Shown here piece by piece: positions 19,171 through 30,314 of a stretch of 54,508 nucleotides of DNA (its first letter is position 1; each line of letters opens with the position of its first letter). The notes under the pieces are model-generated. The model had not been told where the DNA came from. It made no database searches and worked only from the letters and a program-made list of their open reading frames with translations. The DNA lies in NCBI GenBank assembly GCA_044229145.1, contig JBGATO010000021.1, positions 1 to 54,508 on the forward strand. Direction: 5' to 3'. Origin of the DNA: Candidatus Eiseniibacteriota bacterium. Lineage in GTDB: Bacteria > Eisenbacteria > RBG-16-71-46 > CAZEPH01. The position numbers and the translations under genes are program-made.

Positions 19171-21246
19171 ATGGGTATCGACATCTCGCGGTTCCACCAG
19201 ACCTTCTTCGACGAGAGCGGGGAAGGTCTGGATGTCATGGAGTCGGCGCTGCTGGCGCTCGACGTAGACGCCGGCGGGAGCGAGGCGATCCACACGATCT
19301 TCCGTGCCGCGCACTCCATCAAGGGCGGCGCGGCGACCTTCGGGTTCCCGGAGATCGCGTCGTTCACCCACAACGTCGAGACGTTGCTCGACGAGATGCG
19401 GGCCGGCGCGCGGCCGGTCACGCAGCCCGCCGTCGACTTGTTGTTGCAGTCGGTGGACTGCCTGCGCGCCATGCTGGTGGCGGCGCGCGGCGGTGCGGCG
19501 GCGGATCCGGCGCCGATTGCCGCGGTGCAGGGCGGCCTGCAGGCACTGCTCGCCGAACCCGCCTCCGACACGGCGGCGCATCCGGCGTCCGCGCCCGTGG
19601 ATGCTGGGGCGACGAAGGGTGGCGGATACACCATCCGGTTTCAGCCGCTGCCGCACATCCTGCGCACCGGCAATGACCCCCTGTGGATCATGCGCGAACT
19701 CGAAGCGCTGGGCACCCTCGACGTCGGTCTCGACGCCACCGCATTGCCCGCGCTCGCGGCGCTCGATCCCGAAGACTGTTACCTCGCATGGACGATCCGC
19801 GTCGCGACGGACGCACCGGCTGCCAAGGTCGCCGAGATCTTCGATTGGGTCGAGCAGGACTGCACCCTCACCATCGAACCGTGGCCGGGCACAGAGGCGG
19901 CGTCGAGCGCACCGCCCATGCCGGATGCCGAGCCCGCCGCCCTGCGGGCCGCACCCGCGGTGGCGAAGGAGCCCGCGAACAAACGCGCCGAGGTGACGTC
20001 GGGCGATGCCGGCTCGATCCGCGTGGCCATCGACAAGGTCGACGCGCTCATCAACATGGTCGGCGGGCTCGTCATCACGCAGTCGATGCTGTCGCAGCTC
20101 GGACAGGACTTCGACATGACGCGGGTCGAGCAACTGCAGGCCGGCTTGCAGCAGCTGCAGCGCCACACGCGGGAACTGCAGGAGAGCGTCATGCGCATCC
20201 GCATGCTGCCGATCAGCGTGGCGTTCAGCCGCCTGCCGCGCCTGGTGCGCGATCTCGGCCAGAAGTTGAACAAAAAGGTCGACCTGCGCTTGGTCGGCGA
20301 ACAGACCGAACTCGACAAGACGGTGCTCGAACGCATCGGCGATCCGCTGGTCCACTTGGTGCGCAACGCGCTCGACCACGGACTCGAGACGCCCGCGACG
20401 CGGCTCGCAGCCGGCAAGCCGGAGACTGGGCACCTGCGCGTGGAAGCGTTCCACAAGGGCGGCAACATCATCATCCAAATCAGCGACGACGGCGCCGGCA
20501 TCGACACCGAGGCCGTGCTGGCCAAGGCGCGCGCCAACGGACTGGTCGCGGCCGACCAGCGCCCGGGCGACGAAGAGATCTGGAATCTCATCTTCGAACC
20601 GGGCTTCTCGACCGCCAAGGAAGTCAGCGACGTCAGCGGCCGCGGTGTCGGCATGGATGTCGTGCGAAGGAATGTGCAGGCGATGGGCGGCTCCGTCGAA
20701 GTCCACTCGCAGTCCGGTCAGGGGGCGACGTTCACGATTCGCCTGCCGCTGACGCTGGCGATCCTCGACGGCCAGTTGGTGCGCGTCGGCGATCAGACCT
20801 TCGTCATCCCGCTGGTCTCGATCGTCGAGTCGGTGGAGACCAAGCCGGAGTTCGCCTACACGATCGCCGGCCAGACCGAAGTCTACAAGCTGCGCAACGA
20901 ATACCTGCCGGTGGTGCGGCTCTATCGCGCGTTCGGCATCGCCACGGAGATCACCGAACTGACGCAGGGACTGCTGGTCGTCGTCGAAGGCGACGGTGTG
21001 CGCGCGGGCGTGCTGGTGGACGAACTGCTCGCGCAGCAGCAGGTGGTCATCAAGAGTCTCGAGCAGAACTTTCGCAAGGTTCCCGGGGTGTCGGGGGCGA
21101 CGATCTTGGGCGATGGGACGGTCGCGTTGATCGTCGACGTTGCGGGTCTGCTCACCATGGCGCACGGGCGTCGCAGCCGCGCCGAGTGGACGGCTGCGTT
21201 GGCGTCCGCCGACACTGCCACCCCGGTCGCCGCGGCGGCGGCGTAA
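19171..21246 (+). CDS. cheA: Chemotaxis histidine kinase
   Basis: Hpt FRAAHSIKGG, DPLVHLVRNALDHG, DDGAG, GFST..VSDVSGRGVGMDVV, LPLTLAI, C-terminal CheW-like domain. Confidence 0.97.
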   Translation: MGIDISRFHQTFFDESGEGLDVMESALLALDVDAGGSEAIHTIFRAAHSIKGGAATFGFPEIASFTHNVETLLDEMRAGARPVTQPAVDLLLQSVDCLRAMLVAARGGAAADPAPIAAVQGGLQALLAEPASDTAAHPASAPVDAGATKGGGYTIRFQPLPHILRTGNDPLWIMRELEALGTLDVGLDATALPALAALDPEDCYLAWTIRVATDAPAAKVAEIFDWVEQDCTLTIEPWPGTEAASSAPPMPDAEPAALRAAPAVAKEPANKRAEVTSGDAGSIRVAIDKVDALINMVGGLVITQSMLSQLGQDFDMTRVEQLQAGLQQLQRHTRELQESVMRIRMLPISVAFSRLPRLVRDLGQKLNKKVDLRLVGEQTELDKTVLERIGDPLVHLVRNALDHGLETPATRLAAGKPETGHLRVEAFHKGGNIIIQISDDGAGIDTEAVLAKARANGLVAADQRPGDEEIWNLIFEPGFSTAKEVSDVSGRGVGMDVVRRNVQAMGGSVEVHSQSGQGATFTIRLPLTLAILDGQLVRVGDQTFVIPLVSIVESVETKPEFAYTIAGQTEVYKLRNEYLPVVRLYRAFGIATEITELTQGLLVVVEGDGVRAGVLVDELLAQQQVVIKSLEQNFRKVPGVSGATILGDGTVALIVDVAGLLTMAHGRRSRAEWTAALASADTATPVAAAAA

Positions 21247-21265
21247 CCGACAGGAGAACGGACGA

Positions 21266-21775
21266 ATGTCATTGATCGATGACACGCCTGGCAGCAGCGG
21301 CGTCGCCGGCGGGGAACAGTTCCTCACCTTCCTGCTCGCCGAGCAGGAGTACGGCGTGGACATCCTCTGCGTGCAAGAGATCAAAGGGTGGGACACCGTC
21401 ACCCGCATTCCGAACACGCCGAGCTACATCCGCGGCGTGATCAACTTGCGCGGCGCCATCGTGCCGATCCTCGACCTGCGCGAACGCTTCGGTCTGGAGG
21501 CGGTGGCCTACAGCAAGACCACCGTGGTCATCGTGCTGAAGGTGCCCACCGCCACCGGCGACCGCGTCACCGGCATCGTGGTGGATGCCGTCAGTGACGT
21601 GTGCAGCGTGCGCGCGGCGGATCTGCAACCGACCCCCGACGTCGGAGCGAGCACGCGTCTCGAGTTCGTCCGCGGCATCGCCACGGTCAACGAGCGCATG
21701 CTCATCCTGCTCGATCTTGCTCACATCCTGGATGCCCAGGATCTCGATCCTGTTCAGGCCGCGCACGCGGCCTAA
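21266..21775 (+). CDS. cheW: Chemotaxis coupling protein
   Basis: FLTF.L..QEYGVDI..VQEI, GVINLRGAIVPILDLR, GIVVDAVSDV; RBS AGGAG. Confidence 0.95.
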   Translation: MSLIDDTPGSSGVAGGEQFLTFLLAEQEYGVDILCVQEIKGWDTVTRIPNTPSYIRGVINLRGAIVPILDLRERFGLEAVAYSKTTVVIVLKVPTATGDRVTGIVVDAVSDVCSVRAADLQPTPDVGASTRLEFVRGIATVNERMLILLDLAHILDAQDLDPVQAAHAA

Positions 21776-21793
21776 GCGAGAGGACGTCACCGC

Positions 21794-24277
21794 ATGGCAG
21801 CAGGGACGCAGCCACCGCCGCCGACACCGGGACTGGATGTCGAGGTGCTGGAGCGCAGTTTCGCCGCGCTCGCGCCACACGGCCAGCAATTGGTCGAGAT
21901 GTTCTACGCGCAACTCTTCGCCCGGTATCCCGCCGTGCGCCCGATGTTCGCCGGTACCAACATGGCGGCGCAGCGTCAGAAGCTGCTCGCCTCACTGGCG
22001 CTCGTGGTGAAGAGCCTGCGTGCGCCGGAAAAGCTTTCGGCTGCCCTCGCCGAGATGGGCCGGCGCCATCAGGGCTATGGCGCCCAGCCGGCGCACTATG
22101 GCGCGGTGGCGGAAGTGCTGCTGGACTGCATGGCGCGGTGCGCGGGCACCGCATGGACTCCCTCTGTGGAACGAGCGTGGCGCGACGCCTTGACCGTCGT
22201 CGCCGAACGAATGCTGGAGGCGTACGACATGAAGACGCAGAAGACGGCGCGGGCCCCGCGCCCCACGAAGACCGCTTCATCCGCCGCGCGGTCGAAGGCC
22301 GCGGCATCGCAGAGTGCGGAACTGGCGCGCTTGCGTGCCGCCGTCGATGGCGCCATGACGGCGATCATGATGATCGACCGAGACTTCACGATCACCTACG
22401 TCAACGAGTCGACGCGCGCCCTGATGCGCGAGCACGAAGCCTCGCTGCGCAGCGTATATCCCGGCTTCTCGGCGGCGAATCTCGTCGGCTCGTGCATCGA
22501 CATGTTCCACAAGAATCCGGCGCATCAGCGCACGCTCCTCGCCGACCCCGGCAATCTGCCGTTCTCGACCGACATCCATGTCGGCACGCTGATCTTCCGC
22601 ATCAACGTGACGGCGAGCTTCGACGAGCGCGGTACCTACATCGGCAACACGCTCGAGTGGTCGGACGTGACGGCGCTGCGGGCGCGCGAACAGGAAGTGG
22701 CGCGGCTGCTCTCAGCGGTCGACGGCCTCACCACGAATCTCATGATGTGCGACAGCGACGGCGTCATCACCTACTGCAACCCGGCGGTGGTGGAGATGCT
22801 GTCAAAGCGCAGCGAGGTGATGCGCGGGCTGTTCCGCGGATTCGACGCGCGGAATTTGGTTGGCCGCAGCATCCACGACTTCCACAAGCACCCGGAGCAC
22901 CAAAAGGCGCTGCTCGGCGACCGCACCAAGCTGCCGTTCAAGACGCAGATCGCGGTTGCCGGCCTCGAGTTCGGACTCAACGCGACGGCGATCGTCGACG
23001 CAAATGACCGACAGATCGGGAACGCTGTCGAGTGGCGCGACATGACCGAGGAAATGGATGCCCAGCGTCAGGTCGAGCAGTTGATCGCCCAGGCGGTCGC
23101 CGGCCAACTGGACGCGCGCATCGACACCGCGAAGTACGAAGGCTTCATGAAGACGCTTGGCGAACACATCAACGATCTGCTCGACGCCTGCGTCAGTCCG
23201 GTGAAGGAAGCGACGCGTGTGATGTCGAGTCTGGCGGAGGGCGACCTCACGCAGGAAATGACCGGTGACTACCAGGGCGAGTTTGCGACGCTCCGTGACG
23301 CCGTCAACAACTCGGTGTCGCACCTGCGCAGTCTGGTGGCGCAAATTCGTCAGGCGGCCGCCAATATCGGTACCGGTGCCAGCGAGATCTCGCAGGGCAA
23401 CACCGATCTGAGCCAGCGGACCGAGGAGCAGGCGTCCTCGCTCGAGGAAACCGCGTCGAGCATGGAGCAACTCACCGGCACGGTGAAGCAGAACGCGGAC
23501 AACTCGCGGCAAGCGAACCAGTTGGCCAGCGGCGCGCGCGATCAGGCGGAAAAGGGTGGCGAGGTGGTCGGCCGCGCGGTGGACGCGATGGCGGCGATCA
23601 ACGCGAGTTCGAAGAAGATCTCCGACATCATCGGCGTGATCGACGAGATTGCCTTCCAGACCAACCTGCTGGCACTCAACGCGGCGGTCGAGGCAGCGCG
23701 CGCCGGCGAGCAGGGACGCGGCTTCGCCGTGGTGGCAGCGGAAGTTCGCAACCTGGCGCAGCGCAGCGCCGCCGCGGCGAAGGAAATCAAGTCGCTCATC
23801 AAGGACAGCGTCGAGAAGGTGGACGAAGGCACGCGTCTCGTCGATGCCAGTGGCCATACGCTGCAGGAGATCGTCGGCGCGGTGAAGAAGGTCTCCGACA
23901 TCATCGCGGAGATCGCGGCCGCCAGCCACGAGCAATCGAGCGGCATCGAGCAGGTCAACAAGGCGATCATGCAGATGGACAGCGTGACGCAACAGAACGC
24001 CGCCTTGGTCGAAGAGGCCGCGGCGGCGAGCGAGGCGCTCGACACGCAAGCGCAGGATCTCACGCGCTTGATGGACTTCTTCCGTCTGCAGGAAGGAGAG
24101 CTGAACGCGCAGGTCGCTGCCACGCCGGCGCCGGCGCGCGCCAAGATCGTCGCGCTACCGGCCCGGCCGGCGCCTGCCGCGCGGAACGCCGCGCCACCGC
24201 GCGCCGCTGCGCCGCCTGCGCGGACGACCGGGAATGCGGCTCTCGAGCAAGGAGACGACGAGTGGGCGGAGTTCTAG
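21794..24277 (+). CDS. Soluble Aer2-like chemoreceptor: globin-PAS-PAS-HAMP-methyl-accepting domain, C-terminal EWAEF pentapeptide
   Basis: N-terminal 3/3 globin (FY..LF..YP..RPMF...Q..KL...GRRH..YG..HY). Two PAS domains with FHKxPxHQ and EWxD. Hairpin tip [30 protein letters not shown]. No transmembrane segment seen. Confidence 0.92.
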   Translation: MAAGTQPPPPTPGLDVEVLERSFAALAPHGQQLVEMFYAQLFARYPAVRPMFAGTNMAAQRQKLLASLALVVKSLRAPEKLSAALAEMGRRHQGYGAQPAHYGAVAEVLLDCMARCAGTAWTPSVERAWRDALTVVAERMLEAYDMKTQKTARAPRPTKTASSAARSKAAASQSAELARLRAAVDGAMTAIMMIDRDFTITYVNESTRALMREHEASLRSVYPGFSAANLVGSCIDMFHKNPAHQRTLLADPGNLPFSTDIHVGTLIFRINVTASFDERGTYIGNTLEWSDVTALRAREQEVARLLSAVDGLTTNLMMCDSDGVITYCNPAVVEMLSKRSEVMRGLFRGFDARNLVGRSIHDFHKHPEHQKALLGDRTKLPFKTQIAVAGLEFGLNATAIVDANDRQIGNAVEWRDMTEEMDAQRQVEQLIAQAVAGQLDARIDTAKYEGFMKTLGEHINDLLDACVSPVKEATRVMSSLAEGDLTQEMTGDYQGEFATLRDAVNNSVSHLRSLVAQIRQAAANIGTGASEISQGNTDLSQRTEEQASSLEETASSMEQLTGTVKQNADNSRQANQLASGARDQAEKGGEVVGRAVDAMAAINASSKKISDIIGVIDEIAFQTNLLALNAAVEAARAGEQGRGFAVVAAEVRNLAQRSAAAAKEIKSLIKDSVEKVDEGTRLVDASGHTLQEIVGAVKKVSDIIAEIAAASHEQSSGIEQVNKAIMQMDSVTQQNAALVEEAAAASEALDTQAQDLTRLMDFFRLQEGELNAQVAATPAPARAKIVALPARPAPAARNAAPPRAAAPPARTTGNAALEQGDDEWAEF

Positions 24278-25134
24278 CCGCACACCTCGACGCGTTCGAC
24301 GAGGAGCACGGAGATCGCGAGTTCCAGTTCGACGACCGGGACTTCGCGTTCATCCGGCGCCTCGTCCACGCGGAGGCGGGCATCGCGCTGAGCGACGCCA
24401 AGCGCCATCTGGTCTACGGCCGGTTGTCGCGGCGTCTCCGCCACCTGCGGCTGGCGCGGTTCTCCGACTACTGCGCGCTGCTCGAATCCGACGGTGGGCA
24501 CGAGTTGCGCGAGCTGATCAACGCGATCACCACCAACCTCACGAGCTTCTTCCGTGAGATGCACCACTTCACGTATCTGCGGCAGACGCTCGTCCCGCAG
24601 TTGGTGGCACAGAACGCGGCGACGCGGCGCATCCGCGTGTGGTCGGCGGGCTGTTCGACGGGCGAGGAGCCGTACTCGATCGCCATGACACTGCGCGAGA
24701 GTGTGCCGCCGGGATGGGACGTCCGCATTCTGGCGACCGACATCGACTCGCGCGTGATCGACACCGCGGAAGCCGGAATCTACGCCGAGGAACGCGTCGA
24801 GGCGATGGATCCGGTCGTGCGTAAGCGGTGGATTCGCCGCGGCCGCGGCGCGCAGGCCGGCAGGGTGCGCGTCGCCGCGGAACTGCGCGAGATGATCACG
24901 TTCCGCCGTCTCAACCTGATGGACGCGTGGCCGATGCGCGGGCCGTTCGACGTGCTCTTCTGTCGCAACGTGGTCATCTACTTCGACAAGGAGACGCAGG
25001 CGGTGCTGTTTGGACGCTACGCCGATCTCCTGGCGCCGCGGGGCCATCTCTTCATCGGCCACTCCGAAAACCTGTGGCGTGTCAGCGACCGTTTCGAGCC
25101 GCTGGGGCACACCATGTACAGAAAGAAAGCGTGA
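24262..25134 (+). CDS. cheR: Chemotaxis methyltransferase
   Basis: [48 protein letters not shown]. Confidence 0.96.
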   Translation: MGGVLAAHLDAFDEEHGDREFQFDDRDFAFIRRLVHAEAGIALSDAKRHLVYGRLSRRLRHLRLARFSDYCALLESDGGHELRELINAITTNLTSFFREMHHFTYLRQTLVPQLVAQNAATRRIRVWSAGCSTGEEPYSIAMTLRESVPPGWDVRILATDIDSRVIDTAEAGIYAEERVEAMDPVVRKRWIRRGRGAQAGRVRVAAELREMITFRRLNLMDAWPMRGPFDVLFCRNVVIYFDKETQAVLFGRYADLLAPRGHLFIGHSENLWRVSDRFEPLGHTMYRKKA

Positions 25135-25781
25135 CCGCACCTGCACGCGCGCGCGATCTCCATGCCGCGCCGTTCGGGCGACTGCCCGTGGCGCTGCCGG
25201 GGATGGAGGACATCGCGCGGCACTGGGATCCCCGCTGGTCGTCGTCGGTGGCGACCATCCGTCCCGGCGAGTTCTACGTCACCGCGGCCGACGAAGGCGT
25301 GATGACGGTACTGGGCTCGTGTGTCTCCGCGTGCATCCGTGATCCACGCACCGGGGTCGGCGGCATGAACCATTTCATGCTGCCGATGTCGGCGGACGAC
25401 GACGCCCAGCCGCTCAGCACGGCGGCGCGCTACGGCAACTACGCGATGGAAGTGCTGGTCAATACGATCATGCGGCATGGCGGTGCACGCGAGCGGCTCG
25501 AGGTCAAACTCTTCGGCGGCGGCCGCATGCTGTCGGGCGACACCGCAATCGGCGCGCGCAACATCGGCTTCGTGGAGGAGTACGTCCACACCGAGCTGTT
25601 GCACGTGCTGTCGCGCGATCTCGGTGACGTGTATCCGCGCAAGGTGCTGTACTTCCCGGCGACCGGCCGCGCACTCGTCAAGCGTCTGCGCAGCCTGCGC
25701 GAGGACGTCATGCAAACCGAAGTCGACTACTCGCAGCGACTCCGCGAGGAGCCGGCCAGTGGATCGATCGAACTGTTCTGA
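25131..25781 (+). CDS. cheD: Chemoreceptor glutamine deamidase
   Basis: [42 protein letters not shown] overlap. Confidence 0.95.
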   Translation: MTAPARARDLHAAPFGRLPVALPGMEDIARHWDPRWSSSVATIRPGEFYVTAADEGVMTVLGSCVSACIRDPRTGVGGMNHFMLPMSADDDAQPLSTAARYGNYAMEVLVNTIMRHGGARERLEVKLFGGGRMLSGDTAIGARNIGFVEEYVHTELLHVLSRDLGDVYPRKVLYFPATGRALVKRLRSLREDVMQTEVDYSQRLREEPASGSIELF

Positions 25782-25791
25782 GGACATCGCC

Positions 25792-26883
25792 GTGGCACGC
25801 ACCCGCGTTCTCATCGTCGACGATTCCGCCCTCGTGCGGCAGCTGCTCGCCGAGATCTTGAGTGGAGACCCCGACATCGAAGTCGTGGGAACCGCGAGCG
25901 ATCCGTACGTGGCGCGCGACAAGATCAAGCAACTGTCGCCCGATGTTCTCACGCTGGACGTCGAGATGCCGCGCATGGACGGCGTGACCTTTCTCGGCAA
26001 TCTGATGGCGCTGCGGCCGATGCCGGTCGTGATGATCTCCTCGCTCACGCAACGCGGGGCCGAGATCACGCTCCACGCGCTGGAAATCGGCGCCGTCGAT
26101 GTCGTGCCAAAGCCGCAGAACGACATCGCGCGCGTGCTCACCGAGTACAGCGAGGAGATCCGCGACAAGGTCAAGGCCGCGGCCCAGGCGCGGGTGCGGC
26201 GCTACGAGCGGCGGCACGACCCGACGCGGCTCGCTCCAACCGCCAAGTTCACCGCCGACGCCGTGCTGTCGCGCACGCGCACGGCGGTGCGGCTCAATAC
26301 CACGGAGAAGTTGCTCGCCATCGGCGCGTCCACCGGCGGCACCGAGGCGATCCGCGAGGTGTTGCAGGCGCTGCCCGCAGACTCGCCGGGCGTCGTGCTC
26401 ACGCAGCACATTCCGGCGGCGTTCAGCGGCCCATTCGCGCGGCGGATGGACAGTGTCTCGGCGCTCACCGTGCAAGAGGCGGAGGACGGCCAGCACATCC
26501 TTGGCGGTCATGCGTACATCGCGCCGGGCGACAAACACTTGCTCGTCGTGCGGGACGGGGCGCGTTACGTCTGCCGGCTCCATGATGGGCCGCCGGTGAA
26601 CCGGCACAAGCCTTCTGTCGACGTGTTGTTCCGCTCGGTCGCGCAGGCGGCGGGCGCCAATGCTGTCGGCGCGCTGCTCACCGGGATGGGCGAAGACGGC
26701 GCTGCCGGGCTCCTCGAAATGCGGGAGGCCGGGGCGCACACGATGGTGCAGGACGAAGCGACGAGTGTGGTCTGGGGCATGCCGGGAGCAGCCTGGAAGC
26801 GGGGTGCGGCCGACGCGCAATGGCCGCTGGCGCGGATCGCCGGCGCGTTGCTCGACGCCGCACATGCCCGGCGCGCAGCCTAG
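25792..26883 (+). CDS. cheB: Chemotaxis methylesterase (REC-CheB)
   Basis: [47 protein letters not shown]. Confidence 0.96.
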   Translation: MARTRVLIVDDSALVRQLLAEILSGDPDIEVVGTASDPYVARDKIKQLSPDVLTLDVEMPRMDGVTFLGNLMALRPMPVVMISSLTQRGAEITLHALEIGAVDVVPKPQNDIARVLTEYSEEIRDKVKAAAQARVRRYERRHDPTRLAPTAKFTADAVLSRTRTAVRLNTTEKLLAIGASTGGTEAIREVLQALPADSPGVVLTQHIPAAFSGPFARRMDSVSALTVQEAEDGQHILGGHAYIAPGDKHLLVVRDGARYVCRLHDGPPVNRHKPSVDVLFRSVAQAAGANAVGALLTGMGEDGAAGLLEMREAGAHTMVQDEATSVVWGMPGAAWKRGAADAQWPLARIAGALLDAAHARRAA

Positions 26884-26892
26884 GGAGGCAAC

Positions 26893-28119
26893 ATGACGGG
26901 TCGCCAATTCGGGAAGGCGTTCGGATTCGCGCTGGCGATGAGCCTGGCGTCGGGAGCGCTCGCGCTGTGGCTCGGCGGACTGCCCGCCGTCGCGGCGATC
27001 GTGATCACCACCATCGTGTGGGTGATCTCGGTCACCAGCGAGCAGCGTCGCGTCGAGCTCGAAGCCGAGGAGCGCGAGCGTGTCCGGCAGGAGATTCGCA
27101 CCTCGGTCGAAGATGCGGTGGAGCGCGAGATCGCGTCGATGCACGAGGACCTCGATCGCGTGATCGGCCTGGTGGGCGATGCGACCCGCCATCTCGGCGA
27201 CAGTTTCGTCGCGCTGGGTCGCGACGCGCGCGCGCAGCAGCAGCTCGTCTACCGCCTGGTCAGTTCGTCGGATCAGACAGCCGGAGCGGCGGACGCGGCG
27301 GGCAACTTCGCGTACTTCGCGCGCGAACTCGACACCGTATTGCGGCACTTGGAGCGCACCGCGTCGGCCGCCGGGGAGGCGGCGCGCGGCTCCAGCGAGC
27401 GGCTGGAGTCGGTGTATCGCGAGATGGCAGACGCGCAGAACACGCTGAAGCAGTTGTCGAGTATCTCGCGCCAAACCAATCTGCTGGCGGTGAACGCCAC
27501 CATCGAAGCCTCGCATGCCGGGGAGGCGGGCAAGGGCTTTGCGATCGTCGCCGACGAAGTGCGCAAACTCTCGCAGGAAGTCCAGCGGTTCGGTGGCGCC
27601 CTGTCGACGTCGCTCGACGCGACACGCGGCGAGCTGCGGCACGCGCACGACGCACTCGAACGGTTGCGCGAGGCAAGTGCCGTGTCGGACGCCGGCGCGA
27701 CCGAGCGGCTCACCGAGATGGTCGCTACCATCAAGGGCATCAACCAGCGATTGCACTCGGACATTTGCGACGTGTCGGAGCTTGCGACGTCCCTCGACGC
27801 CAACGTCGGCCTCGCGGTGCGCGGGCTGCAATTCGACGATATCACCTCGCAGGTGTTGCACCACGTCAAGCGGCGGCTCGACACCCTGCGGGAGGTCACC
27901 AGCGATGCGCTGAGCGGCCGCTTCGAGGCCGAGGCGCTGACCGAGAATGGGGAGGCCGACTCCGCGGAGCAGGCGGCCGGTGCGCCGCTGGTGACGGCGC
28001 GGCCGCCGCAGCTCACGGTGATCGACGGTCGTCAGGCCGTCGAGGCAAGCCTGGCGGAAGGTGCGCACAAGAGCGCCGAGCAGGCCTCGCTGGCCGCGGG
28101 ATCCGTCGAACTGTTCTAA
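26893..28119 (+). CDS. McpA/CttP-like short chemoreceptor
   Basis: N-terminal hydrophobic hairpin, [34 protein letters not shown] tip, [10 protein letters not shown]-terminal GSVELF. Confidence 0.85.
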   Translation: MTGRQFGKAFGFALAMSLASGALALWLGGLPAVAAIVITTIVWVISVTSEQRRVELEAEERERVRQEIRTSVEDAVEREIASMHEDLDRVIGLVGDATRHLGDSFVALGRDARAQQQLVYRLVSSSDQTAGAADAAGNFAYFARELDTVLRHLERTASAAGEAARGSSERLESVYREMADAQNTLKQLSSISRQTNLLAVNATIEASHAGEAGKGFAIVADEVRKLSQEVQRFGGALSTSLDATRGELRHAHDALERLREASAVSDAGATERLTEMVATIKGINQRLHSDICDVSELATSLDANVGLAVRGLQFDDITSQVLHHVKRRLDTLREVTSDALSGRFEAEALTENGEADSAEQAAGAPLVTARPPQLTVIDGRQAVEASLAEGAHKSAEQASLAAGSVELF

Positions 28120-28143
28120 GCGACGCACCGCTCGCACTCACAG

Positions 28144-28173
28144 GAGGCGCCGTCCTTCGCGGGGCGGCGCCTC
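28144..28173. terminator. Hairpin between convergent genes (likely bidirectional terminator)
   Basis: GAGGCGCCGTCC...GGGCGGCGCCTC stem between two convergent stop codons. Confidence 0.6.
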
Positions 28174-28196
28174 ACTGCATGCGTGCGGACCGCCGG

Positions 28197-30314
28197 CTAT
28201 GCGGCGCGGGCGTCACGGGGTCGTTGCAGCAGGTCGCGCACCTTGTGCCCGAGTTCGTCGGTGGTGAACGGCTTGGCGAGGAACTCGGCGCGCGGACCGA
28301 AATCGCGCGGGCTGAACGCCGCCTGATCCGTGTACCCCGACATGAAGAGGATGCGCGCATGCGGATCGCACGCCAGCATGGCGCGCGCGGCCTCCGGCCC
28401 CGACATGCGCGGCATCACCACATCGGTGAGCACCAAGTCGATCCGCGCGAACTCGCGGCGGAACACGTCGACGGCAGAGGGACCATCGGCGCTCACCAGC
28501 ACGTCGAACTCCATCGCGTCGAGGATTTCGCGCACCAGATCGCGGACCAGTGCCTCGTCTTCGACCAGCAGGATGGTCGGCCGGCCGGACGCGGGAGCCG
28601 CGGCGGCATCTTCGCCGGGGAGTGTGCCGGGGCGGTCCTGCGGCGTACTGGCATCGAGAGGCAGGTGCGCGCGGAACGTGGTGCCCTGCCCGGGGAGCGA
28701 GTCGACGGCGATGTCGCCGTGGGCCCGGCTGAGGATGCTATACACCGTCGACAAGCCGAGCCCGGTGCCCTTGCCGCGCTCCTTGGTGGTGAAGAACGGT
28801 TCGAAGATGCGGGCCTGGATGTCGGCGGGGATGCCGTCTCCGGTATCGCGCACCAAGAGCTGGGCGTGAAGTCCGGGAGAGAGGGCGCAGTCGTCGGCGG
28901 CGGGGCGCTCGCAGACGTCGAGTTCGATCGTCAAGGTTCCTCCGTGCGGCATCGCGTCGCGCGCGTTGACCGCGAGATTCATCACCACCTGCTCGAATTG
29001 CCCGGCGCCGCAGCGCACCCACACCGGACGTGCGGGGGTGTGGACGCGGAGGGCGACGTCTTCGCCGATGAGCCGCTCGAGCAGGCCGTGCAGATCGTGC
29101 AGGGCCTGCGTCAGATCGACGCGCTGCGGCGCGACCGCGTGCGCGCGGCTGAAGGCCAGCAATTGGCGGGTGAGGTCGGCGCCGCGCGAGGCGGCGCGCA
29201 GGATTTCGTCGGCATGCCGCTGGGTGCGGTCGCCGTCCGGCAGGTGGCGGCGCAGCAACTCCGCATAGCCGGAGATCGTGGTGAGCAAGTTGTTGAAGTC
29301 GTGGGCGACGCCGCCGGCCAGGCGGCCGAGCGCGTCGAGCTTCTGCGCGTGCGCGAGTTGCTCCTCGCTGCGGGCGAGGGCGTTGCGGGCGTCGCGTTCG
29401 TGCGTGACGTCCTGACCGCTCAGCACGATGCCCGCGATGGCGGAATCGTCGAGCTTGTTGCGGGCCGCCACGCGAAGCACGCGCACGCTCCCGTCGCGGT
29501 GGAGGCAGCGAAGCTCGAGCCGGCCCGCGCGTCCGGCGCGGCGGCGGAGCGCGGTCCACGCCCGCGCGGCGAGTGGCCGGTCCTCCGGCGCGACCACCGC
29601 GAGCGCCGGACGCTCGGTGAGTTCGCGCGGTGTGTAGCCGAGGATTTCCTCGATGGCCGCGCTCGCGAACCGCAATGTGCCGTCGCCGTGCACGATGGCG
29701 GTGATGTCGAGCGCATTGTCGAGCAGGGCGCGCATGTGGCGTTCGCGTGCCTGCGCGGCGTGATCCAACAGCGCGTGGTCGAGGGTGACGGCAAGCCGTG
29801 CGGCGAGCACGCCGAGCAGCGCGCATTCGTCGCCGCTGAATGGCGCGTCGACGTCACGGAACACCACCAATGCGCCCACGGCACGCCGGCCGCTGTGCAA
29901 TCCGACCGCCAGGCCATGGCACGTGGCGGCATCCTGTTGCGGGAGCACGTCACGGACGCACCAGGCGTCCGGGGCCGGGCGGGCGCTGCCAGAGGCAAGC
30001 GGGACCGGAGGTGCCGCGTGATCCGCGACGCGTGCCACGAGCCCGGCGGGGATTCGCGAGACGGCGCGGACGCCGATCCCGACGGAGCGTCGCACGGCGA
30101 ACTCGGCAGGCGCCTCGGCTTCGCTGGCGACGAACAGGGCGGCGCCGGCCACGCGCCACGTGCTGGCGAGACGGTCGAGGAATGCCTCCACGCACGCCTC
30201 GCAGTCGAGCGTGCGGCCGAGCGTCGACACCAACTCGTGCAGCTGCGTCAGCGCCCGCAGGCGCTCCTCGAGCTCGGCGACGGTGGAAGACGGCGTCGGA
30301 GGTGAATCGTTCAT
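28197..30314 (-). CDS. Hybrid sensor kinase GAF-PAS-HisKA-HATPase-REC (CckA-like)
   Basis: GRLAGGVAHDFNNLL, NLAVNARDAM, DTGDGI, FEPFFTTK..GKGTGLGL, LLVEDE, TDVVMP, AKPF; ATGA overlap with FIST gene. Confidence 0.93.
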   Translation of the reverse strand: MNDSPPTPSSTVAELEERLRALTQLHELVSTLGRTLDCEACVEAFLDRLASTWRVAGAALFVASEAEAPAEFAVRRSVGIGVRAVSRIPAGLVARVADHAAPPVPLASGSARPAPDAWCVRDVLPQQDAATCHGLAVGLHSGRRAVGALVVFRDVDAPFSGDECALLGVLAARLAVTLDHALLDHAAQARERHMRALLDNALDITAIVHGDGTLRFASAAIEEILGYTPRELTERPALAVVAPEDRPLAARAWTALRRRAGRAGRLELRCLHRDGSVRVLRVAARNKLDDSAIAGIVLSGQDVTHERDARNALARSEEQLAHAQKLDALGRLAGGVAHDFNNLLTTISGYAELLRRHLPDGDRTQRHADEILRAASRGADLTRQLLAFSRAHAVAPQRVDLTQALHDLHGLLERLIGEDVALRVHTPARPVWVRCGAGQFEQVVMNLAVNARDAMPHGGTLTIELDVCERPAADDCALSPGLHAQLLVRDTGDGIPADIQARIFEPFFTTKERGKGTGLGLSTVYSILSRAHGDIAVDSLPGQGTTFRAHLPLDASTPQDRPGTLPGEDAAAAPASGRPTILLVEDEALVRDLVREILDAMEFDVLVSADGPSAVDVFRREFARIDLVLTDVVMPRMSGPEAARAMLACDPHARILFMSGYTDQAAFSPRDFGPRAEFLAKPFTTDELGHKVRDLLQRPRDARAA

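Noticed and set aside
18484..21417. 977-aa minus-strand ORF (also 22802-24049 and 25708-28137)
   Set aside because: Antisense to clear che genes; no recognisable domains.
26820..30305. 1161-aa plus-strand ORF
   Set aside because: Out of frame over the McpA-like gene and antisense to the hybrid kinase; low-complexity translation.
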